Part shown: positions 7,750 through 11,001 of the stretch, one piece after another
How positions within the stretch are numbered: position 1 is the first letter of the stretch
How the letters are laid out: every line of letters begins with the position of its first letter
Source: Octopus sinensis
Taxonomy: Eukaryota
Reading direction: 5' to 3'
Length of the DNA: 11,001 nucleotides
NCBI RefSeq assembly: GCF_006345805.1
Contig: NW_021827182.1
Span: 1-11,001, forward strand
The notes under the pieces: generated by a model
What the model was told of the DNA's origin: nothing
Seen by the model: only the letters and a program-made list of their open reading frames with translations
Database searches by the model: none
Position numbers and translations under genes: made by a program

Positions 7750-7993
7750 GGGAGCCTTTATGTGGCTGCTGCTCGAATCGCTAGAAAGAGTAGTCAAACC
7801 TCAATCATATAGCACAAACATTTCTACTATGCTGAAAAAAAGAGGAAATAGAAGACATTTTAGTTATTGTATGTTGCATAATAATGTACCTAAATTATCG
7901 GGATGGCCACGGTGAGAATACCTGTCTTTCATCATAAGTCTCTGTTCGATGAAAGATAAATAACCACAGCAACAACAACAACAACAACAACAA
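7750..7993 (+). mobile_element. Retro-repeat family E (SINE-like 3' part with (CAA)n tail), copy 1
   Basis: Motif atgtgg.tgctc...gctagaaa.ag.ag near 7760-7795, gggatggccacgg..atcata.gtct..tcgat near 7890-7950, and a (CAA)8 tail at 7970-7993. Collinear with the copies at 8868-9141 and 9250-9455. Confidence 0.65.
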
Positions 7994-8182
7994 TAACGAT
8001 AAGAATTTCTTCACTTAGAAAGGCATGAACATCACACAAGCACATTGCATCGTGCCGTTTCCTTTCTTCGCAAATCTCAGAAACGGAAACCTTGTACATG
8101 CGCAGGAAATCAATGCGACTCGAAACAAGCAGTCTGTTTAAGACAGTTGACCTATTGAAATCACAGTCGTGTTATGACCGTA

Positions 8183-8315
8183 GAGGCTTCAATGTGGTAG
8201 CTCAGTATGCTAGAAATAGCAGCCTAAAATCTCTCTAATTTTTTTTTTTTTTTTTTACTTTTTAATTTTTAATATCACCGTTTTAAAGATACAATGGGCA
8301 CATTATACATTGTCA
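8183..8315 (+). mobile_element. Retro-repeat family E, copy 2 (fragment with an inserted poly-T run)
   Basis: atgtggtagctcagtatgctagaaatagcagcc (8192-8224), T-run at 8239-8256, then accgttttaaa..ggcacatt. May extend leftward to ~8040. Confidence 0.6.
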
Positions 8316-8330
8316 AAAAGAAAGCAAAGA

Positions 8331-8400
8331 AGAATGAAAAGAATGAATGAATGAATGAATGAATGAATGAAAGAATAGATGAAAGAAGGAAGGAAGGAAG
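8331..8400. repeat. (GAAT)n/(GAAG)n microsatellite
   Basis: Read directly. Confidence 0.9.
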
Positions 8401-8609
8401 GACAGGTGGTTTCAGTTGGAACGTAGTTGAGCCACTGCCACCGCCGCCGCCACTACCCCCACCCCCACCAGCAGCAGCAATTACAACAGCAACAACGTAT
8501 TGATATTCGACTTCACAGGGGTTATTATCGTTTAGTTTTAAGTCAGCTGTATCTGAGCTAACAGAATCTACGTTCAAAAACGTTACTGCCATGACCATCA
8601 CACATTAAT

Positions 8610-8740
8610 GTTAGAAATTAGTGTTTCTAACGACTAGAGTATCGAAAATGTGTACTTTTTTTCATTTCTCAAGACGGCATGGTTTAATTTGAGGGAAATT
8701 TAGCTGCTATTTTTAGCAGGTTTAACGATCACGTAAGGGT
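8610..8740 (-). mobile_element. Retro-repeat family E, copy 3 (inverted)
   Basis: The minus strand reads acctgctaaaaatagcagctaaatttccctcaaatta..ccgtcttgag..gtacacatt, matching copies 2 and 4. Confidence 0.65.
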
Positions 8741-8867
8741 TGGTTCCTTTATCGATTTTTGTCTTCGACTGCAGAATATTCTACAACTGTTGTCGCCGAT
8801 GTCGCCGATGCTGCTGCTGTTGCTGAAGCTGCTGCTACCGAAAGCGGGAACATATGCATGCAACCGT

Positions 8868-9140
8868 TTCGCCTTCCTAGAAATAGCAACTAAATCTTCT
8901 TGGCCTTCATATCGTACATCCTACCGACTTAAGGAAAAAAAAAAAGAACCAAAAAAGGAAAAGAAAGAAAAAGGGAGGACGCATTTGATAATGTGGACCC
9001 TGAGTGAAATACAGATAACACTAATAATGTGGGTCCCGAGTGAAATAAATAAACAGGGTGGTCGCATCTGGAAAATCTTTGATCAAAGGTCTGTTCAATT
9101 AATATCGACCTGGGACAATACAACAACAACAACAACAACA

Positions 9141-9141
<1 letters not shown>
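8868..9141 (+). mobile_element. Retro-repeat family E, copy 4, with (CAA)7 tail
   Basis: ctagaaatagcaactaaatct..cctaccgacttaagg..ggacgcatttgataatgt..gggtggtcgcatctggaa..tttgatca..gacctggg, then (CAA)7. Confidence 0.7.

Positions 9142-9209
<68 letters not shown>
9121..9209. repeat. Compound trinucleotide microsatellite (CAA)7(CTA)22
   Basis: CAA 9121-9141, CTA 9142-9207; read directly. Confidence 0.98.
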
Positions 9210-9249
9210 GTTCAGTTACACTACATTCTCTCATGATCAGAAAGGGACA

Positions 9250-9455
9250 GTTACTGACTTGATCGAGCTGATCAATGACATTCCAATCGCGGCCATCCCG
9301 GCTTTTTGCTCATTGTATCTTTAACCTATCTGTTTTGAACCCTGTACCACTTTATATCCATAATATCCAAAATGTACTTGTTTTTTAGACAGTAGGGTGT
9401 AATTCGAAAGAGACGATTCGGTCATTATTTCTAGCATGTGGAGCAACCACATAGC
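9250..9455 (-). mobile_element. Retro-repeat family E, copy 5 (inverted, tail-to-tail with copy 4)
   Basis: Minus strand: gggagttgctatgtggttgctccacatgctagaaataatg..acaccctactgtctaaaaaac..aaaaagccgggatggccgcgattggaatgtcattgatca. Confidence 0.7.
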
Positions 9456-9660
9456 AACTCCCTTGCAACCGCTAAAACGAATGCTTCAAGTTGTTTATGT
9501 CACCACCCACGCGGATCTTTGCCGAACTGGGTACAATACACATCCGATTTCAGTTTCGAATTCACAACTGTCCAGGGCAGAATCGGGATACAATATTGAT
9601 CAGACAAGGACAACTAATTCTCTTAGGTGAGGCATTGAAATTTGTGGCCTAGAGCAGAGC

Positions 9661-9723
9661 GTCTAATGCTTAGCGTACTTGGCTCTGAAACTGGCGATAC
9701 ACGTTCGTATCTCATTGGAACCT
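9661..9723 (+). pseudogene. Degenerate tRNA-Gln(CTG) relic (pseudogene or SINE head)
   Basis: Ungapped match of about 46/63 nt to a metazoan tRNA-Gln(CTG) as I recall it: TAATG.TTAGC D-arm, loop CT-CTG-AA (anticodon 9685-9687), GCGAT variable region, GTTCG.ATC T-loop, 3' TGGAACCT. The 5' acceptor strand is absent and the stems are broken. Confidence 0.6.
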
Positions 9724-9869
9724 TATATAATATTTCTCAGGTTTGGCGGCCTTGCGATGGCCACGGGGGGCACCAAATAAGTATATGAGTAAATAAAAGA
9801 AGGAAGGAAGCGTAAAAGATCAATCTATCTCGGTCTCTTTGTAGGTTTCTGGTTCTCTCTCTTTGTATA

Positions 9870-9958
9870 TGCTTCTATACAGTACATACTTGCATGCATA
9901 CATACATACAAACATACATGCATGCATGCATACGTACATACATACATATATATATATG
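9870..9958. repeat. Mixed (CATA)n/(CATG)n/(TA)n microsatellite
   Basis: Read directly. Confidence 0.85.
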
Positions 9959-10114
9959 TTTTTATTGCTATTACTGCTAATATCACTAGATTTTGTTTTA
10001 ACGATTACTGGGTCATTGAATTGCTTACGTCACGCATTTCTTGTAAAAAAAAAATATAATAATATACCTGCTTATACTCCAAGCTCTCTTTCTCGGTGAA
10101 TTTAAGATCTGAAT

Positions 10115-10202
10115 CACACACACACACGGACACACACACACACACGGACACACACACACACACGGACACACACACACGGACACAGACAAAGACACACACA
10201 CA
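10115..10202. repeat. (CA)n array with periodic CGGA interruptions
   Basis: CGGA at 10127, 10145, 10163 and 10177. Confidence 0.95.
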
Positions 10203-10251
10203 AGCATATTTATACATTGCATATATTTACAAATACATACGTGCATATATA

Positions 10252-10312
<61 letters not shown>

Positions 10313-10362
10313 GTCTATCTATCTATCTATCTCTCTATCTATCTATCTATTTCATCTATCTC

Positions 10363-10444
<82 letters not shown>
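10252..10444. repeat. Compound (TATC)n + (GTCT)11 microsatellite
   Basis: Interrupted TATC run to 10400, then GTCT 10401-10444. Confidence 0.97.
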
Positions 10445-10845
10445 CAGTGTATGTGTGTGTGCATGATGTCTTTTCTTATAGCTTATAGTATATAGTATAT
10501 AGTATATATCTCTCAACACTGCTGCCAACCAAACATATAACGGTACCAACTTAGGTATATCGACAATATATGCACGTTGCTTCAGATGATTATATCAACA
10601 CACCAACAATTTTAAATGCATATATCAATAACTAGATTAAGTCTCACCAGGTAAAAATAAACAAAAATTATAAAAAAAAAACAACAGAAAAACAAGAAAG
10701 AATGAAAGAAAGAAAGAAAGAAAGAAACTCTAGTAGTGATTTCTCTCAGAACCAGAGAGAAAATAAAAACGAAGCAAAAATAAATAAAATAAAATAAAAT
10801 GCAAGATAATACTTCCAACTACCTTCACTGACCAAAAATACAAAG

Positions 10846-10937
10846 ATGCACGCGCGCGCGCGCGCGCACGCATGCATGCACGCGCACACACGCACACGTG
10901 TACACACGCGCCCACGCACACACACACACACACGCAC
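10846..10937. repeat. Alternating purine-pyrimidine tract including (CG)8, Z-DNA-prone
   Basis: Unbroken alternation over 10846-10911 (66 nt) with (CG)8 at 10851-10866, followed by (CA)n. Confidence 0.9.
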
Positions 10938-10944
10938 TTACCGG
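10936..10944 (-). promoter_or_regulatory. Candidate 5' splice donor CCG|GTAAGT
   Basis: Consensus GTAAGT with G at -1; GT at 10941-10940. Motif only, no transcript evidence. Confidence 0.35.
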
Positions 10945-11001
10945 AAAATCGGCGAAAAATGATTTTTAGCGTCAATATAGGAAAAAAAAAAATATAGGTT
11001 C

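Noticed and set aside
8431-8470. G-rich minus-strand stretch as a G-quadruplex
   Set aside because: Only two tracts of three or more G; at best a weak two-tier structure.
8275-8601. 108-aa minus-strand ORF with a Gly-rich linker
   Set aside because: The Gly/Ala/Val stretch comes from degenerate triplet repeats and the C-terminal part from (ATTC)n. No domain and no convincing splice sites.

Overview
Non-coding, repeat-saturated, AT-rich animal genomic DNA. I found no intact protein-coding gene. The repeat families resemble those I recall from octopus (coleoid cephalopod) genomes; this attribution is from memory, not a search. Contents: several tRNA-derived SINE families, some nested and some tandem; one full-length decayed Tc1 transposon (2802-4315, transposase pseudogene on the minus strand); a 189-bp hAT-like MITE; five clustered copies of a (CAA)n-tailed retro-repeat in mixed orientation; a degenerate tRNA-Gln(CTG) relic; and many microsatellites, which account for most long ORFs in the track. 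The most interesting signal is a type I hammerhead-ribozyme-like motif on the minus strand (5152-5208). It has a palindromic helix III, as in the dimeric hammerheads of Penelope-like elements and retrozymes, but carries two core deviations. A consensus minus-strand splice donor at 10941 hints that the window is intronic.
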